Assembly (NCBI GenBank): GCA_964236955.1
Contig: CAXSGP010000066.1
Location: 1-25,480, forward strand
Source: an uncultured Oligoflexus sp.
Lineage (GTDB): Bacteria; Bdellovibrionota_B; Oligoflexia; Oligoflexales; Oligoflexaceae
Length of the DNA stretch: 25,480 nt
Direction of reading: 5' to 3'
Position 1 is the stretch's first letter. Each line of letters opens with the position of its first letter. The notes beneath the pieces were generated by a model, which saw nothing but the letters and a program-made list of their open reading frames with translations, made no database searches and was not told where the DNA came from. Position numbers and translations under genes: made by a program. Shown here one piece after another: positions 8,885-18,563 of the stretch.

Positions 8885-9145
8885 ATGCGGACCAAAAGAT
8901 ATGCGGGCGAAGGTCGGCCGGTTCATGAGTTTGGCGACAGCTTCTTAACGAGACCGATCGATCGGCTCAAAAGTATCCTGTTGCGCTTGGTCGGTAGAAA
9001 AACTGGCACGAGCTTAACTTTGTCGCGCGACTTTTATGCGAAGCTCACGAGCCCTCCCAATTATGTAATTATGGGAGAAGAGCGTTACGGTCTCAGGACT
9101 CGCGTTGCTAGCCTCAAAAAGCCAAAACCCATTCCACCCCAATAG
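8885..9145 (+). CDS. Possible small basic hypothetical protein, 86 aa
   Basis: GAGGA 9 nt before the ATG. Fills an otherwise empty gap and ends just before a bidirectional terminator. Confidence 0.45.
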   Translation: MRTKRYAGEGRPVHEFGDSFLTRPIDRLKSILLRLVGRKTGTSLTLSRDFYAKLTSPPNYVIMGEERYGLRTRVASLKKPKPIPPQ

Positions 9146-9186
9146 CATCCACCCGGGCCGCAGAGAAACCGCCGCAGCCTAGGTCC

Positions 9187-9223
9187 AAAAAAAGCCGACC
9201 CAATCGAATTGAGTCGGCTTTTT
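9187..9223. terminator. Bidirectional intrinsic terminator
   Basis: A7-GCCGAC(C)CAAT-cga-ATTG(A)GTCGGC-T5. On the minus strand this is an 11-bp stem followed by T7, downstream of the M23 gene. Confidence 0.88.
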
Positions 9224-9246
9224 GATGGGTTCAGAACAGCGAAAGC

Positions 9247-10011
9247 TTAGTGAGCCAATCGACTATCAAGATGGGGCAATGGATCCATCGCCAGGTTGTT
9301 CATGTTTTGATATTCAAAGTGAACGTGCACACCGTGAGCATTGCCTGTTGCGCCCACATGGGCGATCTTTTCCCCTAGGGTTACGGCCTGACCCATCTTC
9401 ACGAATGCTTTCGAGCAATGCGCGTAGAGCGTCTTAAAGGTTTTATGATTGACGACGACCGTCAAGCCATAGCCTTTTTTACGACCGACGAATTCGACAA
9501 GCCCGGACTGTGCAGCAACGATCTCTTTATTGCCCGCGGGAAAGATATCGAGGCCTTCATGCTGCCGACCCTCACGGCGCCCGAAGCGGGATTCAATGCG
9601 ACCATTTTTGAGCGGCATTTCCAGCTGTCTAAACTCAGAGTAGATCTCAGCGTGGCCAGCCGCAGCCGCCGTTGCATTCGGCTCATCGTTCGATAAACCC
9701 TCAGGGCTTTCGACCCGTTTACCTCTTCCACGCAAGTCAGCAGACTGTAAAGCCTTCTCACTAACGGGGATATAAATCAGTTGTCCGGGTTTTAGCTCTT
9801 CAAGGGAGCCGAGATGATTCATGCGCTGAATACTGTGGGGAGGGATCGCGTACTGCTTACTGACTTCGGCGAGAGAATCGCCTTTTTGAACAGCGTATTC
9901 CAAAACCTGACTGTTTTCGGAAGACGAACCTGGGGGAGCTGGGAGCCTGTGTGCGCAGCCAAAAACAGCCACACTGCTTGCATACACGGCAAGCTTTTTG
10001 AACTTGATCAT
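9247..10011 (-). CDS. LysM + M23 metallopeptidase lipoprotein (NlpD/MepM-like)
   Basis: Lipobox VFGC, LysM (YAVQKGDSL..LKPGQLIYIP), M23 zinc motifs HEGLD and HVH, plus GYG, LYAH and DP. Confidence 0.92.
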   Translation of the reverse strand: MIKFKKLAVYASSVAVFGCAHRLPAPPGSSSENSQVLEYAVQKGDSLAEVSKQYAIPPHSIQRMNHLGSLEELKPGQLIYIPVSEKALQSADLRGRGKRVESPEGLSNDEPNATAAAAGHAEIYSEFRQLEMPLKNGRIESRFGRREGRQHEGLDIFPAGNKEIVAAQSGLVEFVGRKKGYGLTVVVNHKTFKTLYAHCSKAFVKMGQAVTLGEKIAHVGATGNAHGVHVHFEYQNMNNLAMDPLPHLDSRLAH

Positions 10012-10385
10012 CGTGACCACTTCCTTATCGAAGGTTTAGAGATGTATGCAGCGGTCAAACTCGGGCACCTTTTGCCCTTCGCCTCACACCTGCAGCTCCT
10101 AACACCCATCTCCAAGAGACGAGGCGTACTAGACGCTAGAGTCGACGCACTTGCGTGGTCGCTTCTAAGAAATCTTCTCGTTTGAACTGCCACCAGGGGT
10201 GACCAAAAAACATTCGAGTAGTGATACTCTACCCGATTTTTTCCAAGACGCGAACCCTAAAAAGGCATTCAAGACTCGCGACTACCTGCGCCATTTTTAA
10301 ATATTATATATCCTTTTCGCAGCTTAGAGAGAAAATGGAAGCGGAATAAAAGGATCACCCAGGTTGAATTTGTCTCTAAAATGCG

Positions 10386-10416
10386 AAAAAACATGCCCTT
10401 TTGGAGCATATTTTTT
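10386..10416 (-). terminator. Intrinsic terminator after gltG-like gene
   Basis: Minus strand ATATGCTC-caaaa-GGGCATGT followed by a T-run, about 20 nt after the stop codon. Confidence 0.7.
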
Positions 10417-10434
10417 CCACATACCAAGTCAAAG

Positions 10435-12579
10435 TTACATTGGATTGAAGACGAAAGGATAGGTAACCTGAACCTGCTGGCCACCCCGCGGTGTGGGGAA
10501 TTTCCAGCGGACGATTTTTCCGGTGACACAGCCGGCCATATTCGCGTCATTCACCGTATCCGAGTTGATAGAGGTGGCCGACACCGATCCCGATGCCGAG
10601 ATCGTAAAGTTCACTTTGATCTTACCGTTGGCATTTGGCGACCGTTGGAGGAGCGTCTCATAGCAGTGGCGAATCTGGTTAAGATTGGCGCGAATAACCG
10701 CTTGAACCTCCTGGTTTGTCAAGCCGCCGCTGACCACGGGATCCCCTGGAGGAACTTCGACATTCGCGCGACCTGTGCCGCCTTTGCCGTTACCCTTGCC
10801 AAATCCACTGCCCAGTCCAGCTCCGCCGTTACCGCCAGCGCCCCCTGCGCCCGATCCATCACCACCAAAGCCACCGAAGTTATTGGCGGCACCACCGGTG
10901 CCTGCAACACCAAGGACTTTACCCGCTCCCGGCCCACCGAGGCCGGTGGTCTTCGCGCCCGAACCGGCACCGCCGCCTGCGCCACCCACCGATGTCTTGA
11001 AATCGGTTTTAATCGCGCCCGCTGCGTTCTTATCGAGAATCTTACCGACTCCCATACCCAGGGCACCCAGGTTGACGCCCGAGGCTTTATTCTTCGCTCC
11101 GCCTTCCGCACCGGCAAGATCGTTTGATTCCTTGCCCTGTCTCTGGCCGCCGGCATTATCATTTCTCTTGCCGCCGCCGAGAGCGCCACCACTGAGGCCC
11201 TGTGCTTTATTCTTGTCGATCTTACCGGGATTGACCAAGTCCGGCTTTTCCGCCTTGGCCATCCCGGACGCCGCTGGTTTTTTCTCCGGTGTCGGCGCTT
11301 TTGGTGGCGTAACAGCTGGCGTCGGCGTTGGCACCTTGGCAAGTTCTTTGACTGGTGTCGGCGTCGGTACCGGTTGCTTGGGTTGCTCGACCGGCTTCGG
11401 CTTTTCTTCCGGTTTAACGGGAGCCGGCGGCTTGGGCGGCGGCTTGGGGGGTTCGACCGGTTTGGGTGGAGGCTTAACTTCCGCCACTTCAACCTTTTTC
11501 TTTTCAGGTACTTTCGGAATCTCCTTTTTTTCAATCGTATTGACGATCGACCAGATATCGTCCTGATTATCCTTTTTCGGATTATTACTCAGAAGAATCG
11601 CTGGAATGGTCAGCATATAGAGCAGAGCCGAGAGAACCAGTATCATCATGAAGAAGGGATCGCGGGCATTGCTGCGCGGCAGATCCAAAACCGGCGGTTT
11701 GATAAACATGAGGAAATACTTGATCGCGCCATGGGATACATGGGCAATATCGTTTTTGCTCATCTCTATGGTTTTTTCACCGCTTTCCTCGATAACGCGA
11801 CCCCCTTTTCGAAGGCGTACGCTCATGTCGGAACGCAGATAGATCGTATAGCCTTCCTTGGCCACGGATGCGAGTTTGTAGCGTTTGATGTCATCGTTGC
11901 CACCAGCAAGGAAATGCGCCTTGCCAGGGGTACCGATCGTCACCCTTTCAAAGTTCTTGATCTTAGGGTGGAACATGTCCACATCCAAAATCGTATCATC
12001 CCAATATGAGACAACTTCGAGCACGTTGCCGCTTGGTTTGGCATTACGGGGTGAAAACAGCAATTCTCCCTCATCGGAAGCCCTGTCTCCATCTCTTGGA
12101 CTAGCGAGTACTGTAGACCTTGAATCATCACTCATCTCGTCTGCATGCTCCGCATCGTCGTCTTCGTCCGGATAATCGACTTTTACTGAGGAACCGACGA
12201 CCGTGGCTTTGCCACGAAAGGTCGTCACTTCCCCCAACTGGGTCTTGTCATTCTCTACGCGTTGGAACTGAGCTGAACCAGCCGCCGCCTGCGCAAAGAC
12301 CTCTATCTGAACGTTGCCGATGGTTATCTTATCGCCAATTTTAACCGGTGCTTCGACATCTATTTTCTTACCGTTTAAGGAGACCCCCGAATGCGAGCCA
12401 AGATCGGTAAGGATATGAACGCTGTTCTCCAGAACTTCTATCATCGCGTGAATAGGTTCGACGCCAGAAGCGCGAATCACAACCTCATTCGATAACAGGG
12501 AACCTATCATGAGTCGGTCGCGTACAGGCACGACCTGTCGAGACTGATTCGGAGGTGAATAGTGAATCTCGAGGTTCAT
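10435..12579 (-). CDS. gltG: GltG/PglI-like gliding protein: FHA domain, TM helix, Pro- and Gly-rich periplasmic linker, TonB-C-like (AgmX/PglI) C-terminal domain
   Basis: FHA (IGS..HA..LTDLGSHSGVSLNG), hydrophobic FFMMILVLSALLYMLTIPAILL, PK-rich and G-rich linkers, and C-terminal VIRANLNQIRHCYE..GKIKVNFTI..WKFP.P..VTYPFVF. AGAGGA RBS. Confidence 0.88.
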   Translation of the reverse strand: MNLEIHYSPPNQSRQVVPVRDRLMIGSLLSNEVVIRASGVEPIHAMIEVLENSVHILTDLGSHSGVSLNGKKIDVEAPVKIGDKITIGNVQIEVFAQAAAGSAQFQRVENDKTQLGEVTTFRGKATVVGSSVKVDYPDEDDDAEHADEMSDDSRSTVLASPRDGDRASDEGELLFSPRNAKPSGNVLEVVSYWDDTILDVDMFHPKIKNFERVTIGTPGKAHFLAGGNDDIKRYKLASVAKEGYTIYLRSDMSVRLRKGGRVIEESGEKTIEMSKNDIAHVSHGAIKYFLMFIKPPVLDLPRSNARDPFFMMILVLSALLYMLTIPAILLSNNPKKDNQDDIWSIVNTIEKKEIPKVPEKKKVEVAEVKPPPKPVEPPKPPPKPPAPVKPEEKPKPVEQPKQPVPTPTPVKELAKVPTPTPAVTPPKAPTPEKKPAASGMAKAEKPDLVNPGKIDKNKAQGLSGGALGGGKRNDNAGGQRQGKESNDLAGAEGGAKNKASGVNLGALGMGVGKILDKNAAGAIKTDFKTSVGGAGGGAGSGAKTTGLGGPGAGKVLGVAGTGGAANNFGGFGGDGSGAGGAGGNGGAGLGSGFGKGNGKGGTGRANVEVPPGDPVVSGGLTNQEVQAVIRANLNQIRHCYETLLQRSPNANGKIKVNFTISASGSVSATSINSDTVNDANMAGCVTGKIVRWKFPTPRGGQQVQVTYPFVFNPM

Positions 12580-12721
12580 TCACGTTCCTCTGGCATCAAG
12601 ATCGAAATTAAAACGCTAATACAACTATTATTGCGTGTCAGAGCTTAAATGGGAAGCCTTCTTGGTAAAAGATGCAGAAATAGCTTGCCTGTACTCCCCG
12701 AACGCTATGCTTTCCGACTAT

Positions 12722-12746
12722 AAAAAAACCCGCAGAATCCTGCGGG
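12722..12746 (-). terminator. Intrinsic terminator between gltE-like and gltG-like genes
   Basis: Minus strand CCCGCAG-gatt-CTGCGGG-TTTTTTT, 10 nt after the stop codon. Confidence 0.9.
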
Positions 12747-12756
12747 CCGCTCCGTT

Positions 12757-13881
12757 CTACTTGTCCGCTCCCCCTGGAGCAGCGCCGCCGGCTGGTGCGG
12801 GCGGTGCCCCTTTCGGTGCCGCGCCTTGGCCTGGAGGGGCTTTGGCCCTGGCCGCCGCAGCTTTCGCAGCCCCATCTTTTTGCTGCTGGGCACTGATATC
12901 CTTTTCGATTTTTCCTACAATTAGAAACGCCTTTTCATCGATCGATGATGGCCCGCCGCCCACCTTCACCAGACGCTCCAGCTCAAGGCGCGCTTTGGCA
13001 AAGTTGCCAAGGCCCTGATATTCGTTCAAAGCGCAGCTGAAGATCGCAGGCTTGTAGTTAGGCTTCTTCTCGAGTATCGACTTACAAAGGGATGCCGCTT
13101 CCGAAGCGTTGTCGCTCAAGCGTTCGGTCTGCATCATTCCGGTCTGTACAAACCAATCCTGAGTCACACCCTGGAACATGGCTTTAGCGGTCTTCACATC
13201 GCCATAGCGAAGCGCTGTGAAAGCGATGTTAAGACGGGCCGGTTCATAATCACTCTTGGCCTTCAAAGCCTCGTTCCAAAATGAGACGGCTTCCGGCAAA
13301 CGGTTATCGAGCAGAGCAATCATTCCCTTAGCGGTTAAAGCCGCGGCACGTGTCTTAGGATTTTTGCTGCCGAGCAGTTTGCCTATCCAGTGCTCAGCCA
13401 TGGGAATCTGCTTGGAATGAATCGAAGCCAGCGCCAACTCAAGCATTGCAACTTCCGGCATGCTCTTTTTAATGCTTTCCTTCATTTCCACGATCATCAG
13501 GCGCTTGGCGATCTGAAAGACGGGACCGACCCCTTCGCCAGCCAATCGTTTGGCCGCCATCAGAACGACGAAATCTTTTCTATCCTTAGCGGTCGGATTT
13601 TTGAGCTTGGCCTCCAGATCATCGGCCTGGCTTTTCGCCTTTGAGGAGTTTACGGTAAATGAGGTCAATCCGTTATTGGTCAAACTGTAGGTGAAGGTGC
13701 CGGATCCGGACGTGGAGTAACTGTCATCTCCACCCCCCTTATCCCCGCCGCCATCATCATCACTGTCACCACCGCCGTCTTTTCCCGGCGTTTCCGCATC
13801 GGCCTTGCCAGTTTTTTTATCGCCGGTAGCACAGGAGGCGACAAGAAAGGCCAATAAACCAATTTGCAAAAGTGCTTTCAT
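12757..13881 (-). CDS. gltE: TPR lipoprotein, GltE/AglT-like
   Basis: Lipobox VASC and TPR-like helices (A..KGMIAL..EA..W..AL..Y..ARLNIA). Overlaps the upstream gene by 4 bp (ATGA). Position in the cluster fits. Confidence 0.75.
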   Translation of the reverse strand: MKALLQIGLLAFLVASCATGDKKTGKADAETPGKDGGGDSDDDGGGDKGGGDDSYSTSGSGTFTYSLTNNGLTSFTVNSSKAKSQADDLEAKLKNPTAKDRKDFVVLMAAKRLAGEGVGPVFQIAKRLMIVEMKESIKKSMPEVAMLELALASIHSKQIPMAEHWIGKLLGSKNPKTRAAALTAKGMIALLDNRLPEAVSFWNEALKAKSDYEPARLNIAFTALRYGDVKTAKAMFQGVTQDWFVQTGMMQTERLSDNASEAASLCKSILEKKPNYKPAIFSCALNEYQGLGNFAKARLELERLVKVGGGPSSIDEKAFLIVGKIEKDISAQQQKDGAAKAAAARAKAPPGQGAAPKGAPPAPAGGAAPGGADK

Positions 13882-16800
13882 TGTTTATCTCCTTTCAAAT
13901 TACCCATGTTGCCAGCCACTTCTGAACCCAAAAAGTCGGGGGAGACGACGTAATCATCGAATTGAAGTTTTTTGCCCATCATTCGATTCACCCCACCGAG
14001 AACCCGGATCGACCAATCATTATAGACCTTGAACTGCGAAACCGTATCCTGAGCCGTCTTGTACCACTTAAGAGCCTCCTGCTTGCGGGCCGCGATCTGC
14101 GGGGCAAGTTCCTTCAAGACATCTTCCCTGCTGGCTCCCTGAATAGCCGGCGGATTGCTCAGGACTTCGGCAAAGTGTTCGTTCGCAAGACCAAGCTGAT
14201 AAAGGGCGGCCACCCCCCAATAAGGATCTTTCGTGTTGACGACTTTACCGAGGGCCTGTTCAACCTGCTGCAGACCAAGCGCTTTATTTTCGATCGCTTT
14301 GACCAGGACGGGAACGGTTCCACCGGCCAGACCAATTTTCATAAAGCGTGGCACGGCCCCTTCCGCTTCCTTATAGGCAAGTTCGCCAACATAACGGATC
14401 GCCTCGCCCTGTACATTCGCGGCGTTCGCATTAAAGATCGCCCGGATCTGCTGGGCAGCCTGCGCTGCTTCACCGGCGCCGGACCTATAGATGCGGTAGT
14501 AGGCCACGATCTGCTGATTAGCACTCAACTTGAAGCGGTTGAGGTACTGAGTTTTGATGATAGTCACCAGCTGCTCGGTACGCTTCGCACGCTCGGCGCC
14601 CTCGATCAGCTCTTCGGTAAATCCTTGAGCTCCATTTGGGTCCTGCTGCGCGTATGCGTTGCAGCTCTGCAAAGCCTTGGCCGTGTTGAGGGCGATTTGC
14701 AGTTCGCAAGCCGTCGCAAGCGCCGGATTAGCCTCTTTTTCCTTAGGATATTTGCGGGCAAAGGTCGTGTAGTATTCCGAAGCCTTATCGTAATCGAGTT
14801 GTTTTTCATAAATCTGTCCGACCTGGAGCAAAGATTCTCTCGCCTGAGGTTTATCAGGGAACTTGGTCACGATAACGAGATAGGCCGTGATCGCCTGTTG
14901 CACCGCACCGGCTTTCAGATAGTCGACGGCGGCGTTATACCAGAGTTTATCGACGTCAGGGTCAGTTGGGTACTTACGGGCCTGGGCCTCAGAGCGCTGC
15001 GCGCGCTTGAAAACATCGCCTTCCTTCGAGATATCTTCTTTTTCAGCGCCGCGCTGTATATTGCGCAGGTCCTGACCCACTTTACCGTTGCGATACTCGG
15101 GCACCTTTAACAGAAAATTCGCTGTCGTCAGAAGCGCCTGACGATCGTTTTTGACGATAGGCACAAGAGAATCGACCGCGTTCTGGCCCTCCTTCTCTTT
15201 TGCATACTTGACCGCCACATTTTTCAAATACTTGATGGCATTTTCTTTTTGAGCTGAGTGAAAAAAGACGTCGGTGACACCGATATCGCAACTCTTGACC
15301 CGCACTTTATCTTCCGGATACCATTCGACATATTTACTACAGGCTTTGGCATAGTTGCGGGCCCGAACCGAGATCGGCTTGGGTTTGGTAAAATCAGGTT
15401 TTTCTTTCTTGAGGACTTTGAATTCAGGTTCAAAGTCTTTGACGAAAGCGTTGACCATGTTGACGGCAACTTCCTTGTGGATATTCTCGCCCTTGTCCGA
15501 CTTCGCCGTATACTTGATGGCATTTGCCTTACCGAGGCTGGCGATTTCAAGATAGTAGCGACCGGCAGCCTTGTAATCCTTCAGGTAGTATTCGATATCG
15601 GCGAGATAGTATTTAACGCCGGTGACCTCCCGGGCTTTCGGAAAGTACTTGATAAAGAGGAGATAGCCCTTCCGCGCTTCCATGTTGCCCGTACGGTTAT
15701 CGTCCTTGATAGCATTTTGATGGGTAAGGGTCGCATAGTAGAGCATTTGATCTTTGATTTCAGCCTGGGTTTCCAGCACCAGATTTTTTTCATTGGCCTT
15801 GGCCCATGATGAAGTCGCCCCATTCTGCATCGCGTAACGCACAAGATCGGTCCAAACCTTTGGCATCGTACCGACGGCCGCATAGAGACTGATCACTTCT
15901 TTTTGCGAGTTCGCGCCTTCTGGATCGTTTGGCAAAAGACTTTGGAATCTTTTCAAAACCGAGATCGCCTGGGCATAGACACCTTGATCGGCAAGGGTCT
16001 GAGCCAGGAGTGTGAGGAATGGCCCGATATACTGAGTTCCGCCGTTGGCGCGGTAATAGGCTATCGCTTCGTCGATCATTTTGAGTTCGGCGAAAGCGTA
16101 GACCATGTCCCGCAGCGCTTCCTCACGAAGGTTGGCGTCTTGCCCGCCTTTGGCGCCCTTGGCTATGGAAACAAGTTGTTTCCAGTAGGTTAAACTGCCT
16201 TTATGATCACCCAGGTTGTAGGCGCACCAGCCGAGTTTGAACATCGACCAGAGGTAGCGCTTGGAGCGTTTGTATTTTAGGGCTTTGCTAAAATTGCCCT
16301 TGGAATTGATAAAATCGTTGCGATCAAAGTAGTAGTCCCCAAGCGAGGCGTAGGCATCACCGGCGATCGCGGAGTTGGGATACTGTTGGATCAGCTGGGT
16401 GAAGATACGGGCCGAATCCTTCTCTTTACCAAGGTACTGAAGGGCTACCGCTTTATTATAGGTGATCTGGTCAGCGTTCTCACTTCTTGGATATTCGGTG
16501 AGAATCTCCGAGGTTTGACTGATTACCTTTTTCCAGTGGCCCATAGACTTGGCCGTTGAAAGGCGAGGTTCCGTGCCCTTTTTGCCGCCAGCCGTCCAGG
16601 CGTTCCAGCGTTTGTCAAAATCACGTTCCTCTTCAGAACGGACGTAGGTTGCCTGTTCCATATGGAGGTTGAGGATACGCTCGAGGATCTGCAGACGCTG
16701 TGGGGATTTGGGCGGTAGACTCTTGGCCGTTTTTTCAAGGTATGCCGTGGTCTTATCAATACCGGTTATCAATTTCTTCTCAACTTGCATCGCAAAAACT

Positions 16801-16967
16801 GCTGAACGGCGCAACTGCGGTGGCTTGGTGGCTGAGGGATCGCCCTTCACGCGTTTGCGCTCTTCGATTTTCAGGACAGCACGCTTTTGCTCCTGAGCCC
16901 TGAGGCTCGGGGCGACAGGAACCAATGCCAGTTCCAGCAACAGCAATGTGTAGAGCAGAAAGCGCAT
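13878..16967 (-). CDS. gltD: Large secreted TPR protein, GltD/AgmU-like
   Basis: Signal peptide, many TPR motifs (LIQQYPNS, LGDYYF, FKLGWCAYNLGD, LREEALRD, WGVAALYQLG), 1029 aa, and cluster position. Confidence 0.8.
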   Translation of the reverse strand: MRFLLYTLLLLELALVPVAPSLRAQEQKRAVLKIEERKRVKGDPSATKPPQLRRSAVFAMQVEKKLITGIDKTTAYLEKTAKSLPPKSPQRLQILERILNLHMEQATYVRSEEERDFDKRWNAWTAGGKKGTEPRLSTAKSMGHWKKVISQTSEILTEYPRSENADQITYNKAVALQYLGKEKDSARIFTQLIQQYPNSAIAGDAYASLGDYYFDRNDFINSKGNFSKALKYKRSKRYLWSMFKLGWCAYNLGDHKGSLTYWKQLVSIAKGAKGGQDANLREEALRDMVYAFAELKMIDEAIAYYRANGGTQYIGPFLTLLAQTLADQGVYAQAISVLKRFQSLLPNDPEGANSQKEVISLYAAVGTMPKVWTDLVRYAMQNGATSSWAKANEKNLVLETQAEIKDQMLYYATLTHQNAIKDDNRTGNMEARKGYLLFIKYFPKAREVTGVKYYLADIEYYLKDYKAAGRYYLEIASLGKANAIKYTAKSDKGENIHKEVAVNMVNAFVKDFEPEFKVLKKEKPDFTKPKPISVRARNYAKACSKYVEWYPEDKVRVKSCDIGVTDVFFHSAQKENAIKYLKNVAVKYAKEKEGQNAVDSLVPIVKNDRQALLTTANFLLKVPEYRNGKVGQDLRNIQRGAEKEDISKEGDVFKRAQRSEAQARKYPTDPDVDKLWYNAAVDYLKAGAVQQAITAYLVIVTKFPDKPQARESLLQVGQIYEKQLDYDKASEYYTTFARKYPKEKEANPALATACELQIALNTAKALQSCNAYAQQDPNGAQGFTEELIEGAERAKRTEQLVTIIKTQYLNRFKLSANQQIVAYYRIYRSGAGEAAQAAQQIRAIFNANAANVQGEAIRYVGELAYKEAEGAVPRFMKIGLAGGTVPVLVKAIENKALGLQQVEQALGKVVNTKDPYWGVAALYQLGLANEHFAEVLSNPPAIQGASREDVLKELAPQIAARKQEALKWYKTAQDTVSQFKVYNDWSIRVLGGVNRMMGKKLQFDDYVVSPDFLGSEVAGNMGNLKGDKQ

Positions 16968-16986
16968 AGAAATTCCTTATCAAACA

Positions 16987-18549
16987 CTATTCTTGAGACG
17001 CACCAGCACCCTTGTCGGAATCTTTCTGAGTCGCGCATTTACTTGGCATGTTGTAGACGTAGAAGCCAAGTTCATCTTCCCAGTATTCTCCTTCGAAAGG
17101 CCAGAACTCCAAAGTTTGGTTAATATTGAGCTGCTGGAGGCCGCCGATGAATTGCGCCTTCTTATCGGCATCGCCGATGCTGATTAAAGCTCTGAGGTTG
17201 GCTAGTTTGCCGAGCTGCATTTCCGCGACGATCAATTTCGTCTGATTCGAAAGGTCGAGCAGCTGGGCGTAGTAACCGTTTCCTTCCTTGTAGACCCTCT
17301 GTCCCGCATCCAGAATCGCGGTCGATTTCTTCGACTCAAGAAAGTTCGTGACATCATCGAGCAGCTCGGTGCCCTTCCAGGATGAACCTTTCGACTTCAG
17401 GGCATTCATTTCACGGTCGGTGAAACGAATGGTATCCATCGCTTCTTTAAAGGCATCGACCTGACTGAGCTTCTTCACGATTTCTTCGGCTTTGCGATAA
17501 CTCGTGATGCTGCCGGAGCGGTAATCATAAATAAACTTGAAAAAGCCTTTGGGGTCACCCTTATAACGGTTCATCATCCCACGGACATCACCAAAGACCG
17601 GCTGATAGCGATCCTTGAAGCGCTTCATGGACTCCTTCACCTGATCGAAGCGGCACATTCTAAGGAAGGTAATCGCTTGCAGGATATAGGCTTCCGGATA
17701 AAAGCGGTTCTCAAAGAACGGGGAATGGATCGTGTGAATGTTGCCGAGCGTGTTGTTAAACTTCTCAATAAAGAAAAAGGCCCAGGACGATTCCCAGATG
17801 GCGTCCAGCCAGTTCTCGGAATCACGGGGGATTTGACCGTAGTAGGAAATCGCTTCGGCGAATCGCTTGATCTCGTAGTTGACGCGCGCGATATTCATGA
17901 GAGACATCTCCTGAAGCTCGCGATATTCCGAACGGTCACGCGTGCCAGCCAGTACCTTTTCAAAAAGGGCGATTGCACGCGAGTGCCGCCCCTGTAGGTT
18001 TGCTATTACGCCCTGATGAAACAAGGCCCCCAACTGATAGGGACTGCCCGACGGCACCATTTCAAAGTGCTTGTCGGCAGTCTCAAGGGATTTTTCGGCG
18101 AAAGCCTCAACGCCTTTATAATAGAAGTAAAAGCCCCGAGCCGGCCCAGGAACGTCGGCGAGCCTGATTTCAGTCTTAAAGAGCTGGACGATGTGCGATT
18201 GACCAAGGCTGATCCGACTGTTGATCTTGCCAAGCTCCTCGAGAGCCGATCGGAAGAAGGGGTTTTCCGCCACCCGGCCTCGGCGGACGATAACGCTGTA
18301 ATATTTCGAAGCAGAATAGGCAAGATTCATCTTTTCCAGGGATTGGGCAAGGCCCCACTCGGCTTTGCGCTTTTCAACCTTGCTGCTGCTTTTTTCATAG
18401 ACTTGGAAAAAGGCCTCGGCTGCCTTGGGATAATTCTTCTTCGTGTAGAGAGCTTTGGCCTGTTTATAATCGGCAAATAGCCCTTGGCTGCTCAGCAAAG
18501 CCGAAGCCATCAGAAGTAGCGTTGCTGCAAATCGCGATATCCTAGCCAT
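16987..18549 (-). CDS. gltC: Secreted TPR protein, GltC-like
   Basis: Signal peptide, TPR helices, LGNIHTIHSPFF..YPE and C-terminal FWPFEGEYWEDELGFY...C, which I recognise as typical of GltC-like proteins. Confidence 0.8.
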   Translation of the reverse strand: MARISRFAATLLLMASALLSSQGLFADYKQAKALYTKKNYPKAAEAFFQVYEKSSSKVEKRKAEWGLAQSLEKMNLAYSASKYYSVIVRRGRVAENPFFRSALEELGKINSRISLGQSHIVQLFKTEIRLADVPGPARGFYFYYKGVEAFAEKSLETADKHFEMVPSGSPYQLGALFHQGVIANLQGRHSRAIALFEKVLAGTRDRSEYRELQEMSLMNIARVNYEIKRFAEAISYYGQIPRDSENWLDAIWESSWAFFFIEKFNNTLGNIHTIHSPFFENRFYPEAYILQAITFLRMCRFDQVKESMKRFKDRYQPVFGDVRGMMNRYKGDPKGFFKFIYDYRSGSITSYRKAEEIVKKLSQVDAFKEAMDTIRFTDREMNALKSKGSSWKGTELLDDVTNFLESKKSTAILDAGQRVYKEGNGYYAQLLDLSNQTKLIVAEMQLGKLANLRALISIGDADKKAQFIGGLQQLNINQTLEFWPFEGEYWEDELGFYVYNMPSKCATQKDSDKGAGASQE

Positions 18550-18563
18550 ATGCCCTCTAAGAA

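Noticed and set aside
9003..9020. Sigma54-like TGGCACG
   Set aside because: No -12 TTGC element at the required spacing.
10775..11566. 263-aa Pro-rich plus-strand ORF (and overlapping ORFs 10381-11127, 11374-12009)
   Set aside because: Antisense shadow of the Gly/Pro-rich linker of gltG.
13962..15110. 382-aa plus-strand ORF
   Set aside because: Antisense to the gltD-like gene, with no motifs; typical codon-bias shadow.
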